Below the pieces are notes generated by a model. The model was not told the origin of the DNA. It did no database searches and saw nothing but the letters and a program-made list of their open reading frames with translations. DNA of 64,000 nt from Heteronotia binoei (Eukaryota), in contig NC_083241.1 in the NCBI RefSeq assembly GCF_032191835.1, positions 36,022,001-36,086,000 of the forward strand, written 5' to 3'. This document shows positions 33,447 to 45,392 of this stretch, in pieces (the stretch's first letter is position 1; each line of letters starts with the position of its first letter). The position numbers and the translations under genes are program-made.

Positions 33447-35151
33447 TATTAGAGGAAGGCTTCAAACGTGAGCCAAAAGGGTATCAGTGTTTTAATAAAT
33501 AAACTTTGCTCAGTGGAGTGGGAGGGCAGGTATAGGATCCACTCCCTCTGTCGTATAAATTTCACCTTCTACCATGTTCCTTTTTCCTGTGAACAGTAGT
33601 GTATTGTCACATTGCCCTTTCATTCCCCCCCGCCCACCTCCCCAGTCTGGATTCATGGCTTCCTACCCTAAGAATATAGCTTCTTTTGCCCTGGCGTTTT
33701 CTTGAGGTGCAGATGGCCCCAATCTTTGCTTTGTTTGGTGATTTGGCTTCAGTCTGCATTTCTAACTGATAGCCTTTGTTCAGCAAGATGCAAGCAAACC
33801 GATTGAGTTGGACACGTGCCCGTCCACAGAAGCTGGGACATTGTCGACTGCACTTGTTGAGGCTGGGGTTCCCTAAAGCTCTTAAGCTTATGGCTGGCCA
33901 TCTAGTCTCTTGGCATGTCTTCCGCAATCAGCTACTGTTCTGACTTCCTTTTCTTAACTAAATTACAGAGCAGGCAATTGACTTTTGTCCGCAAGGCCAG
34001 CTAGGTTTGATGGGATACCAATTAAGGTATGGCACAGAGTCTTGGCTTGCGATGTAATCGTCTATTTAAGCCTGGACGTCGTCGACAAGCGAGAATGAGA
34101 TCGCTGAACTTATTTGGCAATCTCTTCCTTTAATTGTACGCATGAAGGCTAAGCGAGATCATGTGAAGACTGGAATGAGGTCTCTTTCCTATGTCGCTAG
34201 CGTGAATGTGTGTCATCTTCTCTTTTTGAGACCCTTGCTCCCAGCTTTTCGTTCTGGGTGCCTTGGTTCAGCACAGGTTGCTAGACAGACGATGACAACT
34301 GAATCAAAATAAGACGTAGAGGGACAACAGTCTCTGTGACCTTGACTATAAATGAATTCAGCAGTGCTTGACTTGATTAATGCTCCCATGCTCACCTAGG
34401 CTTAGTATTCTTGAATTCTCTGCTGTGCACTGTTGATGTGGATGGTGGTGTGACTAGAAGCCCTCCTCACTGACAGTTGCTCGTAGGATGGATTCCCTCC
34501 TTCAGGTATCCTAATTCTGTTGAATTCCCATTGCACGATGTCTTAGTAGTAGATTCCTCTTGCCTAGAATTGGAAGCTGTTCCAGAGGGGAACCAAACTA
34601 TTTGCTAGACAGCTCAGTTTTATTTTGTCTTATTCTGAACTCCTTCTAACTTTTACAAGGCATTCTGTATCCACCAACCTCTCCCTTAAGAACATAAGAA
34701 CGTAAGAGAAGCCATGTTGGATCAGGCCAATGGCCCATCCAGTCCAACACTCTGTGTCACACAGTGGCCAAAACAACCCAGGTGCCATCAGGAGGTCCTC
34801 CAGTGGGGCCAGGACACTAGAAGCCCTCCCACTGGTGCCCTCCCCCACAAGCACCCAGAATACAGAGTATCACTGCCCCATACAGAGAGTTTCGACGAAT
34901 CTTTCTTCTCTCCCCATTCCTACCATGACTGCTGCTTCAGCAACAGACTCGTAGAAGTGGGTGGGCAGAGAACATTTGTTTGCGCATCCCTTTCCCCAGT
35001 GCCTGAGCTCACCCTTCGAAATACAGTTCTTGGGGAGTCTGATACTGATATGTACTACAAGGCACTACAAGGACTACATTTCCCAGGGGTGCACTGCCGC
35101 AGTGCCCCTCTAGTGAGGCAAAGGGAAATGGGGCATACAGAGAGAGTCTTT

Positions 35152-35760
35152 TAGGGTTTACAACAGCCTCAGAGTGTGGTCTGGAGTTCTCCCAAAATTA
35201 CAGCTGATCTCAATTGTATAGAGATCAGTTCCTGTGGAGGTACTGGCAGCTTTGGAGGACAGACTTTGCAGCAGAGGTCCCCAACACGCCATGGCACCTG
35301 CTGACACCTCTTCTGGTGACCACCATGTGTATTCTAGTAAGTGGGCAGGGCCAGGTAGCACTTTTGCCCAGCAAGGCTTCTGATGGACCATTGGAGATTT
35401 GATTGGCTATGTAGATTTCTTTTTTAATGTTGCTTCGGCAGCAGCTGCCTCCACAGCACAAGGACCTGCACTGTGTTACTGGGTGTAAGCTGTGGCAGTC
35501 ATGCTGTAGCTGGCTCCGCCTCCAGCCAGTTATGTAATGGTTCCCAAATTTTCTTAGTTTCACAGAGATTAGCATCTCTCAGTCTGGCTGATAGTGTATC
35601 TATTTTGTTGCTGCGCCCACCATGCCATATCAGAATTCCAAATGTGCCTACAGGATTAAAAAAGGGCACGCCTGCATCTCTGCTGAGCTCTCCTCCCCTT
35701 CCCAAGCTGCATCCACCCCAGACTCCATCTCCAAATCTCCAGATTAGTTGGCAACCCTAG
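35152..35760. mobile_element. Blackjack-like MITE containing a second MITE (35272-35674) that contains an 82-bp L1 piece
   Basis: Outer TIRs TAGGGTTTACA / TTGGCAACCCTA. Inner left end is the reverse complement of 33380-33446. Confidence 0.65.
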
Positions 35761-36685
35761 ATTCTCTGCCTGCTTAGCAGCTAGTGAGTCAACTGTAGTG
35801 TAATGGGATGGACAAGAGTGACGTTCTTCTCTGGCTCTGATAATGCAGTAAGGGGTTGTGATGTGTTCACCTTTGTATCGGAGATGGCATTACAAGCTGT
35901 CAAAACTCATAGTATATGGAACATGAGTTCAACTGGTATGTCTCAGAGTGGCAGCAAAAATCGTTTTTCGCAGAGGAGGAGAAGAAATCCTCTGAATCCC
36001 GCTTGACAGTTGCCTACTCCCAAGCTGAAGTTCGCTGCATGTCTTCAAGGAACAAGCTTTGCTCTGAGCCCCAGATCCATTTTCCCCGACTGCTGGTGTC
36101 ATTCCGGTTTTCCTTGACAACACCGGAACTCCAGCTGACCTCACTATTTACTTTTATTGATCAATTTCAAAAATGCATCAACTGCCTTTTCCAAGAAAAT
36201 TGCCCAATGTGATGCACAATAAAATACATGAAGCCAGCACAGTAAGATGTTGTAAAACCAGATGACAAGCAAAAAACAAGCATAAAAAAAGAGTATGAAA
36301 ACAAAGCAGTGTGTAATTGGCCTTATGGGATCAAACCCAATAGATGGAGGAGGAGAGAGGTACAGGCCTGCTATTTCCTTGATGGTTGGGTTGAAAAGGC
36401 TTTTTGAATTGTTTCAGGTTTTTAAAAATCTCGCACTGTCATCTTTGTTCAGATCGGGGTAAAAGCTTTTGAAAAGCACTATGCTCATTTGCTGCCTGAG
36501 TACTGTTTGAAGAACAAAGTTCCATCACTTTTTTAAAAAAAATAATAATAAATGGGATCTATATTCTTATGTTATAGATCCGGAAGTAATTTTTTGATGG
36601 CCTGAACACTGTGTTCCTCCAGGATCTTGGCGCTGCTTGTTCTTTGTAATCATGTTAATTGTGCTATTGGTACTAGGTCAGCTAT

Positions 36686-36960
36686 GGAGTTCAAGAAGCT
36701 CTTGGAAGATGGTAGAGTTAGTAGATTAGGATGTTTCATACGGTAGCTGTGTTGGAGTTCAAGAAGCTCTTGGAAGATGGTAGGGTTAGTAGGTTTAGAA
36801 TGTTTCACAGGGTAGCTGTGTTGGAGTTCAAGAAGCTCGTGGAAGATAGTAGATTTAGTAGGTTTAGAATGTTTCAGAGGGTAGCTGTGTTGGAGTTCAA
36901 GAAGCTCTTGGAAGATGGTAGTTAGTAGGTTTGGAATGTTTCAGAGGGTAGCTGTGTTGG
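36686..36960. repeat. minisatellite, four units of 67-69 bp
   Basis: GGAGTTCAAGAAGCTC starts at 36686, 36754, 36823 and 36892. Confidence 0.92.
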
Positions 36961-37768
36961 TCTGCGGTAGGACTGTTAGATTTTAGACTGTTAGTTTTCC
37001 AATTCACTGATGGCATGGTGGACAGGCAGCTGAGGTAGGCACACACAATAAATCATGCTTCCAACTATTTATTTGAAGATGAGTTTCTGTACTCATAAAA
37101 TAAGTTTATTTCCTAAAACCATTTGAGTCAAAGTGACTGTGGATAGAAACTATCGCTCCGGGCCTTGGCTTTCCAAAAAGTTCGTAATTAAAAGTTAGCC
37201 TTGTTAACCTGGTGGAAGATTCTTCTGCCAGCAGAAAAGGGCTTTCCCTATTTGAGTGAGAGGCCTGGTTGACTTCTGGGGCACAGTTTTGAGGGACACA
37301 GCAGGCTGTGGGGCAGATGTGGGAGAGACAGGAGAAGTTCAGTTCTACAAAGCATCAATCTACCTGTACTGGATGGGCTCCGTTGTCAGTTGAAGGACTA
37401 AAGTTGTCCTGAGTAATTTTCTGGTTGACTAAAGGCAAAAAAAAAAAAAATTATTGCATGATTGCCTTTTTTCCTCTCCTTCTGGTAACTGTAGCCTGAA
37501 TGTCATGAGTTTGCTCTGTAAGGAGCTTTCGTGCCTAGTGTGGATGGGTGGCAGTGCTCAAAAGGTCTTCATATCTAGTTCTGTCATCACTATTGGTTCA
37601 TGTTCATCAAAGGCTCATTGGGTGTGTGCTACCAGTTGTATCTCATCACTCTTTGCCATTCTTTTCTTAATTCAGAAAAAAACCCTAAAGCACTTGATTT
37701 TGTACTTGCAGTCCCTAACAGGCCTTACCCATACATGTGGTGTTGAGATGCCAGCGTTTCCTCTAAGC

Positions 37769-38403
37769 CAGGGGTGTCAAACATGCAGCCCCGGGGGCCA
37801 ATCAGGCCCTCGGAGGGCTCCTATCAGGCCCCTAAGCAACTGGCTGTCATTTGCTTCCTTCTCCCTCTTTCTTCCTTCTGCATAACAGCTTGCTTTGCCA
37901 TTTGCTTCCTTCTCCCTCTTTCTTCCTTCTGCATAACAGGCTTGCTCAATCACATGGGAACTGCAGAACGAAGCCTCTGTTTTCTCCATTGTCTGAGACT
38001 CCTCCCTTGGGGAGGAAGGAGGGGAGGGAGAGCTTGCTTTGCCAGGCTCTCTCAATTACACAGCAGAACTACTGAGCCAAGCCTCTCTTCCTTCTATTGA
38101 TTGAGGCTTCTCCCCCTCCTGGTCCCCAGGGAAGGAAAGAAAGAGCTTCCTTTCCTCAGTTCCCTGGTGCCCATGGGAGAGATACAAAGAAAGCACCATT
38201 AAGACAAATGAGTGCTAATGTTTTAAGCATGCTTTATTTAAAAAAAAAAATCTTTGTGTTCGTCTGTGTCCTTTATAAAGTTTATATCTCTGCTGCCTAA
38301 TCTTAAATAGGCACACACATGGCCTGACCAGAGATGGCTCAGCTCAACAAGGTTTCATTTGTGTCAAATCTGGCCCTCGTAACAAATGAGTTCGACACCC
38401 CTG
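37769..38403. mobile_element. hAT (Charlie-like) MITE with an internal tandem duplication (~37848-37945)
   Basis: Perfect TSD CTCTAAGC (37761-68, 38404-11). Confidence 0.92.
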
Positions 38404-38615
38404 CTCTAAGCTGTGTATGTGTGAGCAGTCCTTCATTAACACAGGAAGCCCCTTTCAGCAGCAGTCTGGAGTTGCACAGAGTCTTGCACTGCCCATTCCC
38501 TGTTTTAAGATTACAGCAGTTATATTCTGTTCAGGATGTAAACTGAACTGCTCAGTGGGGGGGAAATAGAGGGAGCATTGGTGGGAACTCATGTGGTGAC
38601 TAGAGCAACATGGCT

Positions 38616-38885
38616 AGAAGAAGATATTGGATTTATATCCTGCCCTATACGCTGAATCTCAGAGTGGTCACAATCTCCCTTATTTTCCTCCCCCACAACA
38701 GACACCCTGTGAGGTGGGTGAGGCTAAGAGAGCTCTGACAGCAGCTGCCCTTTCAAGGACAACTCCTACAAGAGCTATGGCTGGCCCAAGGCCATTCCAG
38801 CAGCTGCAAGTGGAGGAGTAGGGAACCAAACCCAGTTCTCCCAGATAAGAGTCCCCACACTTAACCACTACACCAAACTGGCTCT
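38616..38885 (-). mobile_element. Squam3-like SINE
   Basis: Colinear with 6578-6862. Confidence 0.85.
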
Positions 38886-39589
38886 CTAGAAAATCATAAG
38901 GGTGTACATTTAGTATGCACCTTTTGAATTCTTTAAGTTTATCCTGGCTTTTCCGAGACAAGTCCCTCCTCAGTTGCTTCATTCTCATTTCCGAAAAGCC
39001 CCTTTTTTGTCAGTTAAGTATCTATTTATGCCTGTCCATCCTGTTAAGGTGGCTTTGTTTCTTAGATCTGGTGGTCTGCAAGTCTTAACTGAGCCAGGCT
39101 GTGTACCTGTTAATGTGTCACAAAGCTGCATGCTGCAGGAGTATAGCTTCTCTTTTTTTCCAAGTCAAGGAAGCGGAAACAGTGACAGCTGTTAGCAGCT
39201 TGAGTCGAAGTGTCTGTAGTGGCTTATTACCAAAAGAAATATGGTAATCTTTTCCTCACTCTTGTTCAGCGTTAAGCATTCATTTAAACACCACTTCATT
39301 ACAGAAAGCGTCAGCTGGTAACAGATTGGCTTTGTGTGGAGACAAATATCAAAAGATGTGCTTTCTCTCCCTCCACCCTTCCTTTAAAGTAGCATTTCCT
39401 GACCTTTCCTTCACAGTACATTTTTAAAATATTTCTGCAATTTTTGTACAATATTGTGCACCAAATATAAGCATCAATCTCCTTATCGCTGAGAGAGAAC
39501 AGCAAGCAGTTATTACTGTACAGTTATCCCCCCCCAAAAAAAGAACTCCAGATGTATGAGTTTATTTAATAAAATTATATCCCACAACT

Positions 39590-40510
39590 CGCATGAAGCT
39601 GCCATATACTGAATCAGACCCTTGATCCATCAGTGAAGAAGAAAATATTGGGTTTATATCCCGCTCTCCACCCTGAGTCTCAGAGCGGCTCACAATCTCC
39701 TTTCCCTTCCTCTCCCACAACAGACACCCTATGAGGTGGGTGGAGCTGAGAGAGCTCTCCCAACAGCTGCCCTTTCAAGGACGGCTCTGCGAAGAAGATG
39801 ATGATATTGGATTTATATCCTGCCCTCCACTCCGAATCTCAGCGTCTCAGAGCAGCTCACAATCTCCTGTATCTTCATCCTCCACAACAGACACCCTGTG
39901 AGGTGGGTGGGGCTGAGAGGACTCTCACAGCAGCTGCCCTCTCAAGCATAACCTCTGCCAGAGCTGTGGCTGATCCAAGGCCATTCCAGCAGGTGCAAGT
40001 GGAGGAGTGGGGAATCAAACCCAGTTCTCCCAGATAAGAGTCCGCACACTTAACTAGTACACCAAACTGGCTCTTAGTAAACAGTCAAAGCAAGAGCTTT
40101 GACTGACTCAGGGCTATTCCAGCAGCTAGCTGCAAGTGGAGGAATGGGGAATCAAACCTGGTTCTCCCAGAGAAGAGCCCATGCACTTAACCACTACCAC
40201 AATATCAGCTTTGTCTACTCAGACTGGTAGTGGCTCTCAAGGGTTCTCAAGCAGAGGCCTTTTACACCACTCACTTCCTGGTCCTTTTACCTGGAGATGC
40301 CAGAATTGAACCTGGGCCTTCTGCATGGCAAGCAGAGACTCTATTGCAGAGCCACAGCCCCTCACTTAACCACACACTTGAACCCATGTGACGCTGCCTT
40401 ATACTGCATCAGACCTTTGATCTGTTAACATCATTGTTGTCTGTTTAGGCTGGCAGCAGTTCTCCAGGGTGTCGGGCAGAGGTCTTTTGTATCACCTACT
40501 GCCTGGTTGC
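39590..40510 (-). repeat. head-to-tail SINE cluster (three Squam3-like and three other tRNA-SINE pieces)
   Basis: Squam3-like pieces at 39634-39792, 39793-40073 and 40090-40198. Second-family pieces at 39590-39632, 40203-40355 and 40385-40510. All on the minus strand. Confidence 0.8.
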
Positions 40511-40533
40511 CCATTTTATCCTTTACAAACATT

Positions 40534-41950
40534 CTTTTTTTTCCGGATTTAATAGGTTTATTAGATTTTGAGGTACAACGTATGGGGGAGGGGAATGAAA
40601 GGGAAAGGGAAAGGGAAGGGTACTTGAATATAAAAAAAAAAATGTGTAATATTTCTACTTATACAATGCTCAATTCATATCATCATTAGTATCTATGATC
40701 TTATAATATTCACTACAAACAGATCTTCTCATTTAATAATACAATACAATAGTCCTTAATATCTCTTGAAGCTCCTACTAAGAAAAGAATATAATTATGT
40801 ACGGCAAAAATTTTCATAAATTACCTTGCTTGACTTATTTTGGAAGTTTATGTATCACAACATAGCCAGTTATATAATGGTTCCCAAATTTTCTTAGTTT
40901 CACAGAGATTAGCATCTCTCAATCTGGCTGATAGTGTATCTATTTCTGCAAATTCTAAAAGCTTAGATATTAGTTCCTCTTTTCGTGGTATTTCTTGACA
41001 TTTCCAGTATTTGGCATAAATTATGTTAGCTGCAGTCATGGCATGTATTAAAAATAATTTCGTCTGTCTGGAGTAATCTTCTGGTAGTATATTTAATAAA
41101 AAGAGTTCTGGTTGGAATCTAATGTGTATATTCAGAATCTTTTGTAGTAGCTCATGGACCATCTTCCAATAAGTTTTGGTTCTGTCACATAACCACCAGA
41201 TACGGTAAAAAGTTCCAATTGCATTTTTGCATTTCCAGCATTTGTTTGACATATTATGATACATTTTTGCTAATTTGTCTGGAGTGAAGTGCCATCTATA
41301 AAACATCCTATATATATTTTTTCTTTTAAGTTCATTGATCTGGTCATTTTTATATTGCATTTCCAGACTTTCTCCCAAACTTCTAAATATGTATTATGAC
41401 CTAAGTTTTGGGCCCCCTTGACCATGCAGTCTTTAACTATCTCATCTTGCATCTTTAAGTTTAGAAGAAGATTATAAAATTTTATTAGCTTTGTTTCTGG
41501 TCCCAACACTATCTTGTCAAAAGGTGATTTATCTTTAGCAAAGCCTATCGTTTTGTCTTTTGCAAATCTGGATTTGATTTGTAGCTTTGTCCACCAGCCT
41601 AGTATGATCTCTTGTTGGCTTAGTTCATCATCTGTCTTTCATTCATCTAAGTCAGAAAGAAGAGAGTCATATCTCCATATTTTTTGGAAGCCCACCAAGT
41701 TCGGTTGTGTAAATGCTTCTGTGGGAAAGACCCACTTCGGAATTTGCATTTTTGGGGTTTTAACCAACTCCAGACCTGAAGTAAAGAGCTTCTTATTTCA
41801 TGATTTTTGAAGCTTTTGTAGCTTTCTGGTTTTCCATACCAAACATTCTTTACAACGTTCTTCCCACCTTCTTATTAGAATAACAGAAACTCCATTTCTC
41901 CTCGAGCCTGACAATGGGAGCTTTTACTCTCAAAAACTCTTGTTGATCTC
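40534..41950 (-). mobile_element. 5'-truncated L1-clade LINE (ORF2 C-terminus + 3' UTR + poly-A)
   Basis: ORF 40848-41378(-) has the Cys-rich CWKC...GTFYRIWWLC motif typical of L1 ORF2 C-termini. AATAAA and an A-run on the minus strand near 40534-40562. Confidence 0.85.
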
Positions 41951-42361
41951 TAAGGCGTTACTGGGCTTGAATATAACTGTTTTCCTACACAGCTCCTCTC
42001 CGAAACGGCCTGCTCCATTTTAACTGGAGATGCCAGGGATTGAACCTGGGACCTTCTGCATGCAAAGCAGAGGCCCTTCCACTGAGTCACTGCTCTTCCC
42101 TTTAATCTCAGCGAGTTTACAGCTTCTGTCATCCTTAACTGTGCAAATCTAAAAATCAATAAGATTGTTCAATTACAAGCAGTCACCATTAGAACAAATA
42201 AAATTGAAGGTGATCAGCCTTACACCCATAATTTCACATGAATCTTGTGCTGGCTATTTCAGACTTAAAATCTGATGAACCGGCTCCCAGAAATGCCTGG
42301 AGTTCAGGAAACTTGACCTTTTGACCATATCACCATACAGAAGCTGCTGTGAAAATGTCGT

Positions 42362-42424
42362 GATGCGGCATCACCCCAGAGTCGGAAACGACTGGTGCTT
42401 GCATAGGGGACTACCTTTACCTTT
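42362..42424 (+). mobile_element. Sauria SINE 3' fragment
   Basis: Matches the reverse complement of 50779-50840, ending TACCTTTACCTTT. Confidence 0.8.
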
Positions 42425-42905
42425 TTATCTATCAGACAGAAGGAACTCAAGTTTAGCTTTTTCTGGAAGGCCTGAAATTTTTTCAATTAATGGGGTGATG
42501 ATCTTACGATCTTCTTCGTGGTCTCTGTGCTTCACACTCATGGGATAGAGCGCCTGCACCGATCCCCGAATCGGTACCTAAAAAGCCCGGGATTTTTTCG
42601 CGCTCGGCACCAACGGGCATGCTCAAGGATCCCAGTGCGCATGCTCACCGGCGCCAGCACGAGGATCCCGCCAGTTCCTTTCTGACCGCTGCACTGAGAG
42701 GATCTCCTTTCGTGTCCCCGGTCGGTAAAGTAATCTTAGGATTGCCTTTCTTGTTGTATATAGCCTGTTTGTTATTTTTGTAGCGTAGTTAGTTGTTTGA
42801 TAGTTAGTGTTGTAAAAAAAAAAATGTTGGACTTGCCCTTCGGGGCCCAGTTTTCCCCCGTTTTTCCCCTCAGACACTTTCCTGGGTGGTTTTTCCTTGG
42901 CGTCT

Positions 42906-45392
42906 ATGGAAAGACGTTGGGGGTTTTTTAAGAGGTGCCGCTCCTGTGGGAAGAAGATTGCCCACCCCCCGACGGCCATTCCCTCTGTCTCCTTTGTTTG
43001 GGCGAGGGACATTGTGTGGATTCTTGCTCGCACTGCCTGAGTTTTTCCAAACAAACTCGCAAGAATCGAGCAGCAAGGCTTTCAGCTGCGTTTGTTGAGT
43101 TGGTGCTTCTTCCTCAAAAGATGGCATCGGGCCCGTCGGTACCAATGGGAGAGGCTGTGGCCCCGACAGTCACATCGACCGATACATCGCCGATCAGGAC
43201 CCAGATGCCAGTCGAGTGCGGGCGTTCCACAAAGTGACCTTCTGAAGGGTCAGTGGACACCCCAGCTAAGAAGCGTCGGGATGACTCGGGGACCCAATCA
43301 TCCGCACTGAAGAAGGTGAAATCTAAGGAGAATCGGAAGAAGAGATCGTCCTGCACTCCTTCCCCTTCTCATGACGCTTCAACATCGATGTCGACCGCTC
43401 CACCGAGGAAGATCTTGGCATCCCCAAATCGTAGCCCTTCGGTGTTGAGAGGCAGTGCTTTGCAGCAGTTGCGTCTATTGGCATCGGAGCAAGAGATCGA
43501 CCTCACTCAGTGCTCCCATTCTTTGGGGTCGAGGCGTCGCAGTGAGAGCGACTCTGTCTCGGAGGTGGAGGTGGAGGTGTCGGCACCGATGGAGCCGTTG
43601 GCACCGCTGGATCAGGCAAGAAGTCGGAGAGAGCTGGAACCGACCACTGTAGCTCGCCACTTCCCACCGCTTCCACCGTGGGAGCAGCGCCAGTGGCCTC
43701 CCTACGCCTATCCAGTGGTACCCCCCTCGGGAGTTTGCAGACTGGGACCAGCAATCCGAGGCATCCCATATGTCGAGGCTTTCCCAGCATTCTAGGCGGC
43801 GTCCCTCAGCATCGATGTCCGTCCTGCCCAAAAGACACGGCGTGGTGGTGGAGGAAGTCCAGCCTGGGTCGTTGGTGTCGATCCGGTTACCCATCAGAGA
43901 GTCAAGGCCGGTGTTCTCGGAACATTCTTTGAGGAGAGAGTCTTCATCGTCGGACTGCAAGGTCAGTACCGATGATCCAGACAGGGCTCTGGAACCTTCG
44001 CCAGTGTCTCATACCACTGAGGATCTTCCCATTTCACCATCGGAGGATCTAAAGTCATATGGGGATCTGGTGAAGAAGATGGCACTCTCCCTCTCTCTCC
44101 CGGTGACACAACCGCAACCCGTTGTGGACGAAACCGTATTCGACATCATGCAGCAGGATACATCTACAGCGGTTGCCCTGCCTGTTACGAAGGTCATCTT
44201 ACAGGCAGTGAAGGAGCCCTGGACAAAGCCTGCTTCTACACCTGTGTCATCAAGAAGGTTGGACCACATGTACCGCATCCAAGAGGCCGGTGCTGAATTT
44301 CTCTTCACGCATCCAAAGCCCAATTCGGTGGTCGTATCCTCCTCGTCAAAGGCCTGCAAGATGCACTCCTCTCCACCAGATGAGGGAAAGAAGTTGGACA
44401 ACGTTGGGAGGAAGTTTTACTCTGCTGGGGCGCTGGGAGTAAAGGTATCTAACTATGCTGCGTGCATGGCTAGATAACAATACTCAGTGTGGGAACAACT
44501 TACCCCCCTCTTGTCTTCCCTGAGTGAGGAGAAGAGGTCTGTTGCAAAGAAGTTGCAGAAGGAAGGCTTTGCTATGGCCAAGCAACAACTGGCTGCAGCA
44601 AAGCATATGGAGGATTTCTCAGCAAGAACCATCACTTCTGCTGTCTGCTTCTGCCGCCACTCCTGGCTCAGGTCAGTGGCCCTCCAGCAAGACACCAGAG
44701 CTTTCGTTAAAGATCTGCCCTTCAGGGCGAAGGCCTCTTCAGCTTGACCACCGACAGTGCACTCCAGGAAATAATAATAATAATAATAAATTTTTATTTG
44801 TATCCCGCCCTCCAAGCCTAGGCAGGCTCAGGGCGGCTAACAGCATTTCATAAAACATACAATGATAAATATAAACTTTAAATTTAACAAATATAAAACT
44901 TTAAGTTTAACGTCATTTAAAAACCAGTCAATATAATTAAAATTTTTATAGCTTAATCTGACAGTGACGATGGCATTTTTGACGCTAGTTCTGTCAGTTT
45001 ACAAAGTTTACACAATGACATAGGTCCTTAAATAGGACCGTGTTGGCGGATCCTTAATTAACAACCTTATTCAGCAGTCCGTATATGCTAGCTTGAAGAG
45101 GGTGGTCTTGCAGGCCCTGCGGAACTGATCAAGGTAAGCATATGGATAAAAGCATAAAAAATTCAGGAACCTGGATGTCCCGCCGTCTTCCAGAGCTACG
45201 AAACCAAAACAGTGGAACAAACCTTGGTCAAAGAAGCCATATCAAAAGTTCTCCCCGGAACAGCAGTGGAGACCTCGCTCTGCCCAACCTGAGAGTAGGT
45301 CCCCATACAGGGGGAACAATAGAAACCGCTACGCTTCTGCACAGACCACCGGCAAGTCCAAGGGCACTCACCCTCAAAAGCAGGGCCTTTGA
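42906..45392 (+). pseudogene. DIRS copy B gag (frameshifted; interrupted by L2 insertion 44771-45141)
   Basis: ATG at 42906 (MERRWGFFKRCRSC). Pieces in ORFs 42935, 43253, 43770 and 44487 are homologous to copy A gag. Ends KQGL* at 45390-45392. Confidence 0.85.
44771..45141 (-). mobile_element. 5'-truncated L2-clade LINE 3' end nested in DIRS copy B gag
   Basis: Reverse complement resembles the 3' end of the L2 at 50260-50540 and has an (ATT)n tail. It splits the gag sequence DSALQE|MDKSIK, which is contiguous (DTVLQEMDKSIR) in copy A. Confidence 0.85.

Noticed and set aside
33960-34220. Locally CpG-richer unique stretches (also ~14880-15040, ~60960-61140, ~63840-63930) as enhancers or extra exons
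   Set aside because: Cannot be supported without cross-species alignment or chromatin data.
36686-36960. CRISPR-like array, or repeat-protein ORF 36731-36925
   Set aside because: Whole units are repeated with no unique spacers, and the context is eukaryotic. The peptide periodicity follows from the 69-bp (3n) unit.
42272-42295. CTGATGA...GAAA as a hammerhead ribozyme
   Set aside because: The intervening sequence cannot form stem II, and there are no helix I or III partners.
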